The notes: generated by a model not told the origin, from the letters alone. A stretch of DNA of 62,849 bases from a virus (IMGVR_UViG_3300020451_001669:1-62849); one strand, 5' to 3'. Counted from the stretch's first letter, positions 38,436 through 48,349 are shown. Made by a program: numbers and translations.

Positions 38436-40193
38436 ATGAACATAGACAATCCAAGACAGCTACTCAGAAGGCTTCGCAGAACTGCGGATATGCCCCTGTT
38501 TCAAGACATGGGCGGTCAGCTTTCCAATAGAGGCCTTCAGTGGAGCAGGTTCCAAGAGGGTAGTTTTGCAAACAACAAGCTTCCTGAGGAAATGGTTTCG
38601 CAGATAACTGCCATGCGCTCTATGTTTATGGAGTCGTTTTCTCAGTTCGCGATCAACGATAAGACAGGACGGGCTTTTGATGCATTCAAAGGCATGATCT
38701 TCACTGTTTTTGCTCCTAACTTCATTGGGGACGACCTTCCGCCGGAAGCAAAGCTTTCTCCGGAACAGCAAGCAACCCTTGATTTTGCTCGTAATAACAA
38801 CATTGTTCTTCCTAGCCAAGACGAGAATCCAGCTAAGCAGATTGGAACCGATTGGTGGTTCAGTCATTACGCATATGCTTGGAAAGATCAGTTTGAGCAG
38901 GGTATCGAGGATGTTGGAGCAAGTCAGAGCAACAAGGTTGTTACGGTCAACAATCCTGAGTTAGCTCGATCTAAGGGTATTGATTACGGACCCGTTCAAA
39001 TTGCCCCTACTTCAGGCGGCGGTTACGGCGTATTCATCAATACTGATGCGGGAGGATCAGAAGGCGGTCTTGTTCCGATGCTTGGTATTCAGGCACCTCA
39101 GAACATGGATAAGTTTTTCATGAGCCCGGGCGGCAGCTTCAAGGGACTGAGGCCAAACCAGTCCAATATCATTCTTCCTGAAGGTCCGCAAGGAAATAGG
39201 GTTGAGTACGCCCGACAGGCAAGGCCTCGTAACAGATCGGGTCTTAGCTCTGAGCAGCTTGCGCAGATAGAGCAAGTCAATCAGTCCATCAATGATGCCC
39301 GTCAAGATGGCACCCTTTGGCAGTTGCGCCTTGCCGAGGACGGAACCCTTTTTGCAAAGAGCGTTTCGACTGGCGATGAAGCTCCGCTTTCCAAGGCGAT
39401 TGTTCAGCAGTTGATCAAGCCTGAATACTTTGAGGGCATGCAGGGCGTTGTTCCTGCTAAGACTCGTTCTGATCAAACAAATGAAGCTGGCGTTGGCAAC
39501 ATGGGCCGCTGGAAAGTAGACGATGAGGTCAAGGCTCAGATCATGGGCGATCCATCGAATCCATACTCTAATCCGCGAAGTGTTTCTGCTCTTCGACAGT
39601 TGCGCATAGACATCAACGAGATGAGAGGCGGCAACAGGGTCGAACTCAATGGTTATCACATCATTACTATTGGGCCTAAGTTTTCTAACCCCGAGAACCT
39701 TGGCGAAGGACAGACCACATCTGCTCCGGGCTTTGTTACGCCTCAGACTATGGTCAATCCCGCTGATCAGTCGGTCATTCCCGTCGTTGAAAGAGGAACT
39801 AAATGGGTTGTTCTTGTTGACGAGTTCCAAGGAGAGAAGTTGAAGTCGCAGGGTCGTAGAAGCAACCCCAAGAAGAAGTCTGCCGAGTTCGATGACCTTC
39901 ATAAGGCCTTTGAGTGGGCGAAGGGCCAGTATGGAGGAGATACTTCAGCATTTGATGTTGGAGAAAGAACCATCCGCAAAGCTATGGATGCTCTTCAGGC
40001 TTCTAGTCAGGCTGGCTTTGATGCAAACAACCAGCAAATGCCTGCTCCGCAGCCTGCAGTTGACCAGATGCCAACTCAGCAGGTTGGAGTCAATCCCGCT
40101 CAACCGCCGATGAACAGTGGACAGGATATGCAAGCAGACAACCGTATAGCATCTGCCAATATTAGAAGAATGATGAAGCGTATGTCGCTTTGA
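38436..40193 (+). CDS. Head-module hypothetical protein
   Basis: 585-aa ORF with RRTA and RIAS motifs near its two ends. Confidence 0.7.
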   Translation: MNIDNPRQLLRRLRRTADMPLFQDMGGQLSNRGLQWSRFQEGSFANNKLPEEMVSQITAMRSMFMESFSQFAINDKTGRAFDAFKGMIFTVFAPNFIGDDLPPEAKLSPEQQATLDFARNNNIVLPSQDENPAKQIGTDWWFSHYAYAWKDQFEQGIEDVGASQSNKVVTVNNPELARSKGIDYGPVQIAPTSGGGYGVFINTDAGGSEGGLVPMLGIQAPQNMDKFFMSPGGSFKGLRPNQSNIILPEGPQGNRVEYARQARPRNRSGLSSEQLAQIEQVNQSINDARQDGTLWQLRLAEDGTLFAKSVSTGDEAPLSKAIVQQLIKPEYFEGMQGVVPAKTRSDQTNEAGVGNMGRWKVDDEVKAQIMGDPSNPYSNPRSVSALRQLRIDINEMRGGNRVELNGYHIITIGPKFSNPENLGEGQTTSAPGFVTPQTMVNPADQSVIPVVERGTKWVVLVDEFQGEKLKSQGRRSNPKKKSAEFDDLHKAFEWAKGQYGGDTSAFDVGERTIRKAMDALQASSQAGFDANNQQMPAPQPAVDQMPTQQVGVNPAQPPMNSGQDMQADNRIASANIRRMMKRMSL

Positions 40194-40261
40194 ATGAAGG
40201 ATTTTAGTGCATTTCTTTCTAAATCAAAGTAAAGCTTTGTCCAAACTCAAGAGGATATAAC

Positions 40262-43200
40262 ATGGCTCTAAACAAGAGAGGCTCTCATTCGATGCCTATC
40301 GAGGCGTTGAACATGCCCAAAAACTGGGACATGATCAATACATCGGGTCTTGCTAAGGCCGCTTCAATGACCAAGGATAAGGGAGTCGATCTTAATGGCT
40401 TCGACCTTGAAGCCGCGGCTAAAGAACATCCCGAACATCTGTTCGTCAAAGTCTTCGCCATCAAAAAGGATGAAGTCAATGATAACGGAGATGCTTTCTG
40501 CGAGGCAGAACTAAAGAGAGCAGCGCAGACTTTTATTGGCTGCCCCGTTTTTGTCAATCATCAGAATGATGATGTTGAAAAGGCCAGAGGTCGGGTCATG
40601 CATGCATGGTACGACGACAGCGCTGGCGGCATCTATTGTATCAATAGAGTGGACAAGGTTGCATATCCTCAGCTAGCGAGAGGCATCCAAGAAGGATACA
40701 TAACGGGCACTTCAATGGGTGCCCAAGTTGGCTATTCTCTCTGTTCTATCTGCCATAACAAGGCTCATAGCGCGGACGAGTTCTGCTCTCATGTCAAGAA
40801 CTCAAAGACCCGTAAGTTTTCGGGCAAGATCAAGAATGCTTACCACGATAGCCCATGCTCTCCGGAAGACGATGACCCGTTGACTGGCAAGAAGAAGGGC
40901 GAGGAAGAGATTCTTGAGCATAAGGAAGCTCAGGTATTCGAATGGAACTACGATATCAAGTTCATCGAGGACTCGTTTGTAGTAAATCCTGCATGTCATG
41001 ATTGTCTTGTTTGCGACATCCTTGATGTTAGCAATATTCAGTCAAAGCTATCTTCTCAAATTTCAGAACTGCAAAAGGTTGCATCTAAGTATGAAGAGGG
41101 TATGGCTAAAAATCAGATCAGCAAGACCGCTGGCAAGATGGAGATTCAGGCTCTCAACGATGCCATGAACCTTATTGAAAAGGTTACTCGATCCATTCTG
41201 GCTCAGAAGCAGTATGTCGATATGGAGTATGCAAGCGATCTTGTTGAGGTTCTTGCTGATCTCCAAAGCTCAACAGATGAGCTTATTGAGATGGGTTACA
41301 GTTCTCTTCCTTCGCCAGACGAGGAAGACATTGCCTTTGGAACTGATGATCCTGCATCTCCGGCTGAGCAGGGGGGAGCAGAGCAGGTTTCACCGGGTTC
41401 TATTGGTCAAGATCAGCCTTCTCAGCAGCCTTCTCAGCAGCCTTCTGCACCGGCTCAGCCGCAGTTCAGCGGAGTCAGCAGTAGTCCTGCAGCGGAAGTA
41501 GGAACGGTAACTCGTCCGAACTTTTCTGCCGCATCGCAGGATACGAAGGAGGAATTTACCCGAACTGCTGACAACATATCAAAGAAGCTGCATCGAATCA
41601 ATGCCGGTCTAAAGATGGCTTCGCAACTTTGGGAGCTTCGGAGGAAGCAAGTGACTGAACCAGATAGCGTTTATGAAGCATCAAACGGTAGCAGGAAAAT
41701 CACTATTGCCAAAATGGACGATGGTGAGATGTATGTCGGAGAATGGCAGAAGGACAAGCTCGTTAGCTGGTCTTCTGCGGATAAATATGATCATGATTGG
41801 CGGATGATGATGGCGAACAAGCCTCATGAGGCCGCAAAGCAAATTCTGTCAAGTCTTGAAAAGGAGTCGGATTCAGCCATGGCTAAGGAAAACAAAACTG
41901 CGGCGGGTCGAGGCGTAACCGAGGAGCAGGCTGAGGTCATTACTCAGAAGCAACTTGACAAGGCCAACCTCGAACTACACGGTCGCCAAGAAGACCACTA
42001 CAACACGATTACCGAGGGTTCGGAGCAGATCGGCGGAGACGAGAGAGTGAACGACACGACCTCGCAATCTCCTCAGGTCCGCAAGGATAACCCTTACGAG
42101 TTCATCACTGAAGCTCAGCTTCAGGAGATCACCGAAGAGCATATGACTCGCTGGTCTTCTTATCCGGAAGTTATTACCGAGAAGCAATGGGACGAAATGA
42201 GTCGCCTTGTTTCCTCGATCCTTCCGGACGATTGGACTGAATCCATTACTCAGCAGCAGCTTATCTCGTTGAGAGATTCGCATAGCTGGGTTGATCCAGA
42301 CTTTATTACTCAGGAACAGCTTGAGAACCAGGGCTCTACCCTTCCTCAGGGCGATCAGACCGCTCGATGGAAGGCTGCTTCTACATTCGATGCAAAGGCC
42401 CTTGTTGAGGCGGCAACCGCTTCTGTTTCTGATGCAATCGCTAAGTATAATCTGTCTCCTGCCGATGTTCGCAAGGCCGTAGCTGAGTTCTCTCGCTCGC
42501 CGCAGCATCAGATGAAGGCAGCATATCTCACCTTGGTCAACGCTCTTCCTGCGAAGATTGCTGACCGCAAGGCTGAGCTTCACCGCAATAACTACTTTGC
42601 AAAGGTAGCTGGCCGTAAGTCCTCGGTCAAGCCGATCGACGGATTGCTTTCTGCTATTGCTGATAACATTGGTTATGCTTCTGCTCCTGACATGCTAGAT
42701 GCAGTTCAGTTCGTATCCAATGACATGCAGGCATTGGCAAACTGCGAGCGTATTGCTATGCAGAAGCTCGCTTCTGTCGAGGCAGAGGAAGAGGTCGTAG
42801 ACAAGCAGTCTGCTTTCCGTAACGCATTCGCTCAGTTGGAAGACGACGGACTTTACAAGGTTTGCGGAACTTTCAATGAAGACCTAGGAGGCGTCGATCT
42901 CAATGATCGAAGCACGTTTCTTCGATCTGTCTTGGCATACTCGCAAGAGAAGCTAAACGGAGCAGAAGTTATATTGTCGAATGTCAAGGTTGACGAAGAT
43001 CTTGGAATCTTTGAGGCAGTTCTGAAGTCTGCATCCGTAGCAACCGAAGAGGAGAAGACTGCATTCTCTAGCCTTGGGCTAGCCAAAGCAGCCGATGCTG
43101 AAAGCGGTCGTCCTGAATCTGGCGAAAGCTTCTCGGCCTACGTCAACAGTCAACATGACGATGATGGCGAGGACAGCGACGGAGATGAGAAGACTGCATC

Positions 43201-46081
43201 CCGTAAGTCTAAGAGAGAGGAACTGGTAAGAGAAGCTCAGATGATGGGCGGACAGATGCCAGCAGGCCTCGGAGACGGCGGAGCAGGCGGAGCGTCCCTT
43301 CCAATGCCTCCGGGCGAGGCAGGCGGCGAAGCCGTCGAGTCGTTCGATGCTGGCACTGATGAAGGCTTTGATGACGCAGGATCAGGCGATCTTGAAGCAG
43401 CCCCTCCCGGCAGCCGTTGCCCGGTTTGCGGTTCTGATGACGTAGATATTATCTCCGGCAAGGGAGCATGCAATAACTGCGGCGCTGAATATGCAATGAA
43501 GGTTGACATCGAAGTCTTGAAGTGGCCAGGCACTATGGAAGGCGAGAACGGCGACGATGCTGGCGACGAGTTCGGAGGCGAAGGCCTCGCTCTCGAAGAC
43601 GACGGCCTCGATCAAGAGCTTCCGGTAGCAGCATTTACTCGAATCACTGACAAGGCCATGGAGAAGCTTGCATCGAGCAAGATTGTCCTTGGAAGCGTCA
43701 GCCCGTATACCGGCTCGACCGATACCGTTGCTCTTGGCGATGGAAAGTATGTCTGCCTCGAAACCGGCAACCGCTACTCAATCCGTCAGGCAATGAAGGA
43801 CGATGATCTTTACCTGCAATGGGAATGGACGCATCGTCCGGCAGCAATGGACTGCGAGCCATGCAAGTCTGCCCGCAAGACCTTTGCTTCGGCTCTCAAG
43901 GACTTCGGACTGGACAACAACGAGTTTGATCAGATGAGTTTGGCTGACAGAGGTCGCACTATCCTTGCCATGAACGACAAGGGACTGTTGCGTCGAGTCA
44001 AGACCGCATCTGTTGAGGGCAACTCGCTACGCCACTTCAAGCAAGCATACGCTATCGGCGACAAGTTCCCGGTAGAGCGCTGTAGAGAACTTATTGCTCG
44101 TCGCTTTGGCGAGAACGCTATCGCTATGAGCGGACCGGATGAGGGAAGCAACCTCGCAGACTCGATCTGCAAGAGGCTCTCCACCGCCGGTATCTACAGC
44201 GATAACATCGCTATCAAGGTAGCAGAAACTTGGAAGGATCCTGACGGCTGCGTAATGTGCCTTGAGGACTTCATCCGAGGAGGCTTTACTGCTAAGCAGG
44301 CTAGCTTTATCTGCGATCAGCTAAGAACTAAGTATGCTCAGGCAGTTGAGTTCTTGGCCGACGAGCTTGATGGCGACTTCGATGACGGAGGTATGGATGA
44401 AGTAGTCGTAGATGACGCCCCAATGGACGGATTCGAAGACTCCTTTGACGACTCTGTTGACCCATTCTCTGACGACATGGGCGGCGGCGAGTTCGTAACC
44501 GTAAACCTTCCTCTCGATGTTCTCGAAACGTTCGACGAAGAAATCGATAAGGCTCTCGGAGTCGATCCGGCAACCGAAGAGCATCACGATGAGTCTGCAC
44601 TCCCAGAAGGCGACGTAGAGATGGCATTGCCAGAAGACGCTGCTGAGGATATTGGAGAGGTAGCAGATGAAGCTCTCGACACCGCTGTTGAGGTAGCTGA
44701 TGGCATCGAGGATGCATTCGAAGGCGGCGATGGCGACGACGGCGATGATGATGACGACCCGTTTGACGGCGGACCATCCGGTTCGGACGCTGACGGCGAG
44801 CCAGACGACGCCGACAAAGAGGGCATGGGTATGAGCATGCCGTCCGGAATGGGCGATATGTCAACAATGTCTGCCGAAACTGCAGAAAATAAGAAGGAAT
44901 CTTCTAGCGATTCTCAGAATGCTGAAGATAACTCAGAAGAGGAGCATTCAATGCGAGAAGCGTCTGACATGGCTGATGTATTCAAGAGGGGTCGAATCTC
45001 TTCGTCCCACAAGGTCAACCTAGACCTTTCCGCTGTTGCTGAGCTTCTGAGCAAGGAAGCTGGCGATAGCAGCATCACCCATCAGAATGTCCAAGATGAT
45101 TCGGATACCAAGCCTTACTCGGCTTCCAATGGATCGGCTATGGGGCATGAGGATAAGTTCTCCGCTGAAGACCCATCTGCACCATCCGCAGGAACCGGAG
45201 CAACCATGGGCAATGAGTCGAATGACCTTGCCAAGACGGATGTTCCAACTGTTCCGGCTGGCGGTTCCCCAATGGGTAACGAAGGCGAACAGGGTTACAC
45301 TCCTGAGAAGGGCCACGACTACACCGGCGGCGATCAGGGAGCAGGTAACAGCAAGGCTGCTTCTACCAAGGCTCAGCAGGACGATCTCGCAGAGCGTTTG
45401 ATCGCAACTGCAGATTCGAAGCTTGATGAGGCCAAGCCAGTATCGGATGACGGAGACGTTCAACCGATTTCTAACAACAAAGACCACTCGCATACCCCGG
45501 AAGGCTCGAAGATCAAGCCATTCGAGGAGAGCGATCACGCAGAAACCGATTCGGTCCCTGAAGAGGGTTCCGGAGCGTTCATGGGCCATGAGGAAGAGAG
45601 CATCGGCGATGTTCCAAAGGCTCCTGATCATCAACCAGAAATCCCAGAGGGCGGCGGCGTAAATGAGCATTACGACAAGAACGATCGCTATGCCCCTGAG
45701 AAGCAAACAGATTTGAAAGGCACGGTCATCGCGCGTAGCGATGAGGAGTCTAAGACTGCCCGACAGAATGCCGCAATCCGAGTAGCTGGACGCATGCTTG
45801 AAGCTAAGAGAATCTCCGCAGAGCAGTTGCCTGCGAAGATCGCTGAGCTAGAGAGATATGAAGTCGAGCAGATCAAGGATTTTGAAAAGGCCATGTTCGG
45901 AGTTGTTCGCAAAGGGCTCGACACCGTAGCGCAGGGTTCCGAAACCGCATTGGTTATCCCTGAAAGCAGCAATGTAAAGGATGCTTCGACGGAACTAACA
46001 AAGCAAATCCAAGGGCTCTTTGAGCTTGATCGACGCAACCGCGCTGCTGACGACGATCCCAATGCAGACCTGAAGCGTTAA
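40262..46081 (+). CDS. 1939-aa prohead maturation protease/scaffold polyprotein
   Basis: N-terminal NDNGDAF...TFIG.PVFVNH.N...RG, GTSMG, CSIC, FIEDSFV.NPA (HK97/assemblin-type His/Ser protease); long acidic scaffold-like region; directly upstream of the capsid genes. Confidence 0.78.
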   Translation: MALNKRGSHSMPIEALNMPKNWDMINTSGLAKAASMTKDKGVDLNGFDLEAAAKEHPEHLFVKVFAIKKDEVNDNGDAFCEAELKRAAQTFIGCPVFVNHQNDDVEKARGRVMHAWYDDSAGGIYCINRVDKVAYPQLARGIQEGYITGTSMGAQVGYSLCSICHNKAHSADEFCSHVKNSKTRKFSGKIKNAYHDSPCSPEDDDPLTGKKKGEEEILEHKEAQVFEWNYDIKFIEDSFVVNPACHDCLVCDILDVSNIQSKLSSQISELQKVASKYEEGMAKNQISKTAGKMEIQALNDAMNLIEKVTRSILAQKQYVDMEYASDLVEVLADLQSSTDELIEMGYSSLPSPDEEDIAFGTDDPASPAEQGGAEQVSPGSIGQDQPSQQPSQQPSAPAQPQFSGVSSSPAAEVGTVTRPNFSAASQDTKEEFTRTADNISKKLHRINAGLKMASQLWELRRKQVTEPDSVYEASNGSRKITIAKMDDGEMYVGEWQKDKLVSWSSADKYDHDWRMMMANKPHEAAKQILSSLEKESDSAMAKENKTAAGRGVTEEQAEVITQKQLDKANLELHGRQEDHYNTITEGSEQIGGDERVNDTTSQSPQVRKDNPYEFITEAQLQEITEEHMTRWSSYPEVITEKQWDEMSRLVSSILPDDWTESITQQQLISLRDSHSWVDPDFITQEQLENQGSTLPQGDQTARWKAASTFDAKALVEAATASVSDAIAKYNLSPADVRKAVAEFSRSPQHQMKAAYLTLVNALPAKIADRKAELHRNNYFAKVAGRKSSVKPIDGLLSAIADNIGYASAPDMLDAVQFVSNDMQALANCERIAMQKLASVEAEEEVVDKQSAFRNAFAQLEDDGLYKVCGTFNEDLGGVDLNDRSTFLRSVLAYSQEKLNGAEVILSNVKVDEDLGIFEAVLKSASVATEEEKTAFSSLGLAKAADAESGRPESGESFSAYVNSQHDDDGEDSDGDEKTASRKSKREELVREAQMMGGQMPAGLGDGGAGGASLPMPPGEAGGEAVESFDAGTDEGFDDAGSGDLEAAPPGSRCPVCGSDDVDIISGKGACNNCGAEYAMKVDIEVLKWPGTMEGENGDDAGDEFGGEGLALEDDGLDQELPVAAFTRITDKAMEKLASSKIVLGSVSPYTGSTDTVALGDGKYVCLETGNRYSIRQAMKDDDLYLQWEWTHRPAAMDCEPCKSARKTFASALKDFGLDNNEFDQMSLADRGRTILAMNDKGLLRRVKTASVEGNSLRHFKQAYAIGDKFPVERCRELIARRFGENAIAMSGPDEGSNLADSICKRLSTAGIYSDNIAIKVAETWKDPDGCVMCLEDFIRGGFTAKQASFICDQLRTKYAQAVEFLADELDGDFDDGGMDEVVVDDAPMDGFEDSFDDSVDPFSDDMGGGEFVTVNLPLDVLETFDEEIDKALGVDPATEEHHDESALPEGDVEMALPEDAAEDIGEVADEALDTAVEVADGIEDAFEGGDGDDGDDDDDPFDGGPSGSDADGEPDDADKEGMGMSMPSGMGDMSTMSAETAENKKESSSDSQNAEDNSEEEHSMREASDMADVFKRGRISSSHKVNLDLSAVAELLSKEAGDSSITHQNVQDDSDTKPYSASNGSAMGHEDKFSAEDPSAPSAGTGATMGNESNDLAKTDVPTVPAGGSPMGNEGEQGYTPEKGHDYTGGDQGAGNSKAASTKAQQDDLAERLIATADSKLDEAKPVSDDGDVQPISNNKDHSHTPEGSKIKPFEESDHAETDSVPEEGSGAFMGHEEESIGDVPKAPDHQPEIPEGGGVNEHYDKNDRYAPEKQTDLKGTVIARSDEESKTARQNAAIRVAGRMLEAKRISAEQLPAKIAELERYEVEQIKDFEKAMFGVVRKGLDTVAQGSETALVIPESSNVKDASTELTKQIQGLFELDRRNRAADDDPNADLKR

Positions 46082-46111
46082 GGTATAGAGATAGTTCAAC
46101 TCTCAAAAAAG

Positions 46112-46761
46112 AAACTCTAAGGAGAAAGAACAATGGCACTTATTGAAGTACAGCACCTAATCCCGACCTCGTTCGACGTTGATCCAGACCACGATGCAGT
46201 CAACAACCCAATCATTGAGGGACAGCTTGTCGCTCTTGATGCAAACGGCTACGTCACCGAGTCCAACGTCACGACTCGCGCAGTTGGTATCGCAGGCGAC
46301 ACGATCGCTTCCGATTCTGGCTACACCCCTTACGCTGCTGACATCGTTGTCAACAGCGGCGGAGCAACTCGCTCCACCTCGAACCGCGTCTCTGATATGT
46401 ACAACGAGACTCTCGGTTCAGGTAAGATGACTGTTTACATTTCTGGCGGCGAGTTCTTGACCGACCAGTATGACGCATCGCCTTCGGCCTCTTGGACGCC
46501 GGGCGCTGACGCATACGCAACGTCAACCGGACTCTTCTCGCCAGATGACCCAGGTTCCGGTCGTATCGTCGGAACGATCCTCAGCGGTCCATCCGCTGTT
46601 GAGAGCGGCGTCCCAGGCACCGATATCCGCGGTTCCATCACGCTGGGCAACTTTGTCCGCATCAAGCTGGGCCTCTAATCTTAGTTAGAGACAGCAGAGG
46701 TTGATTCTTATTGACCTGTAAAGCAAGAAAGAAAACTCTAAGGAGAAAAGAAAATGGCACT
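46112..46761 (+). promoter_or_regulatory. Duplicated translation-initiation region AAACTCTAAGGAGAAA...ATGGCACT (46112-46140 and 46733-46761)
   Basis: Identical 16-nt block plus identical first 8 coding nt in front of both capsid genes. Confidence 0.75.
46133..46678 (+). CDS. Capsid decoration/cement protein
   Basis: Lies between protease and MCP; SGKMTVY..GGEF.TDQY motif; strong RBS. Confidence 0.7.
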   Translation: MALIEVQHLIPTSFDVDPDHDAVNNPIIEGQLVALDANGYVTESNVTTRAVGIAGDTIASDSGYTPYAADIVVNSGGATRSTSNRVSDMYNETLGSGKMTVYISGGEFLTDQYDASPSASWTPGADAYATSTGLFSPDDPGSGRIVGTILSGPSAVESGVPGTDIRGSITLGNFVRIKLGL

Positions 46762-47632
46762 AACTAAGATTTCTGATGACAAGAAGGAAGCGATTATCGC
46801 TCAGGCTCTAGAGACTGACGAGGGTCGCGTAGCATTGGCTCAGGCCATGGTCGAGCCAATCCGTCGTTCGCTTGAGTACCAGGCAGTCGGTCGTAAGCTT
46901 CTCATGGTTGACGAGTTGCCTCAGGGCGCTCTCGCTCGCTACGAGCGCGACCTTGCAGCAACGGCTCACATCGTCGCCCGTCGAGGCGCTGTTCCTGATC
47001 AGATTCAGGAAGGCGAGGAAATCCTTGTCCCAACTTGGGAGATCGCTGCTAACCCAACGATCCGTCTCTCTGAGATCAAGGCTCGTCGCTTCTACATCGT
47101 AGACCGCGCTCAGATCAAGGCTAAGGAAGCAATCCAGAAGGAAGAGGATTCTCAGATCTTCAACGCTCTGATCGCTGCAGCCGACAACCGCGCTACCGCT
47201 GGCGACCCGCAGGTCGTTACGGATATCGGTTCGCTCAGCACCACTTCCTTGAACTCGGCCTTCCGTTACATTGAGCAGCACGACCTCGTTGCAACCAAGA
47301 TCGTTGTTCACGCTAACCGCTACGCAGATATCCGTACCTTTGGTAAGGACTTCTACGATGAGGCAACCCAGCGCGAAATCTTGACGACCGGACTCTACGG
47401 CCACCTCTGGACCGCAGACATCCACGTCTCCTCGCGTATGGACCCGGCTACCGTCTTGGTAGTTGCATCCCCAGACACCGTTGGAGCATTCCCGATCCGC
47501 CAGGACATCACTGTCCTTCCGGCTGACGATCCAAAGAAGCTCCGCCTCGGTTGGGTCATCTACGAAGAGGTTGGTATCGCGATCATCAACGACTACGCAA
47601 TCGCTAAGATTGAAGTCACTGACGCATCGTAA
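46754..47632 (+). CDS. Major capsid protein (HK97 fold)
   Basis: GRVALAQAMVEPIRRSLEYQAVGRKLLMVDELPQGA, EIAANP.I, GWVIYEEVG; strong codon bias; followed by a terminator. Confidence 0.9.
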   Translation: MALTKISDDKKEAIIAQALETDEGRVALAQAMVEPIRRSLEYQAVGRKLLMVDELPQGALARYERDLAATAHIVARRGAVPDQIQEGEEILVPTWEIAANPTIRLSEIKARRFYIVDRAQIKAKEAIQKEEDSQIFNALIAAADNRATAGDPQVVTDIGSLSTTSLNSAFRYIEQHDLVATKIVVHANRYADIRTFGKDFYDEATQREILTTGLYGHLWTADIHVSSRMDPATVLVVASPDTVGAFPIRQDITVLPADDPKKLRLGWVIYEEVGIAIINDYAIAKIEVTDAS

Positions 47633-47707
47633 TAGAGACACCTAGTTTCTCTTAGAAATGAGGTCTCCGGAGCTTTGCTCCTAACCTCTTCTACCAAAAC
47701 TTCTATG

Positions 47708-47738
47708 AGAAGGGCAGGCATTCGCCTGCCCTTCTTGT
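47708..47738 (+). terminator. Terminator hairpin after the MCP gene
   Basis: AGAAGGGCAGGC-ATTC-GCCTGCCCTTCT, 12-bp stem. Confidence 0.85.
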
Positions 47739-47744
47739 AATTTG

Positions 47745-47770
47745 AAGGTTGGTAGTCTATAGCTGTCGAA
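47745..47770 (+). promoter_or_regulatory. Putative phage promoter AAGG-N16-GTCGAA
   Basis: Directly after the terminator and upstream of ATG 47797. Confidence 0.5.
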
Positions 47771-47796
47771 ATATACAGAAACAGTTGGAGCGGCTC

Positions 47797-48270
47797 ATGG
47801 CTAATAACTTCATTGACCCAGATGATTTTGATCTAATCTCTCAATCATACTCGAATGCGTTTGAATCTTTGAACTCAGCAAAGAGTCATTTATTTGATGC
47901 TGTGTATCGCATTGTAACTTCAAATGAGACAATAATCGAGATTGACCTGCTCAACGAGTTCTGGAACGTATATCAACTGAATTCGCAGTCTCTTTCGAGT
48001 CTAACCCCCTTCCTTTCGAGCGTTAGGGCTTTGAACAATCATATTCTCAAGCGAGCCAATGTTGTTGATGTGAATGATTACCTTGATGCATTTTCGATAG
48101 TTGTTCCAGATGCGTGGGCGGCTCTTAGCGAAGCTGTAGGTATGCCGATCGATGGACAATCGCCCATGGCTCCTCCGCCTCCTCCACCTGGACCTCCGCC
48201 TCCTCCGATATCAATGGCATCTAGCGGCGGCGGGACTGGCGGCGGCGGATCAGGCTCGTTTATGCCATAG
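47797..48270 (+). CDS. Putative structural protein with poly-Pro/Gly tail ending SFMP
   Basis: GGAG RBS; paralog of 20709..21173. Confidence 0.65.
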   Translation: MANNFIDPDDFDLISQSYSNAFESLNSAKSHLFDAVYRIVTSNETIIEIDLLNEFWNVYQLNSQSLSSLTPFLSSVRALNNHILKRANVVDVNDYLDAFSIVVPDAWAALSEAVGMPIDGQSPMAPPPPPPGPPPPPISMASSGGGTGGGGSGSFMP

Positions 48271-48349
48271 GATGTGTATTCTCATCCCTTTGGAGCCATC
48301 TGTTCGATAATTGGAAAGTCGCAAGCTGCAATAACAAGGAGCAAGGAAT

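Noticed and set aside
46754-47632. Encapsulin nanocompartment gene
   Set aside because: Terminase, portal, protease and fibre genes nearby indicate a phage capsid.
46808-47641. 277-aa antisense ORF over the MCP gene, and similar long antisense ORFs (39057..39902, 45020..45706, 41975..42583)
   Set aside because: These are shadow frames produced by codon bias of the sense genes, with no recognisable motifs.
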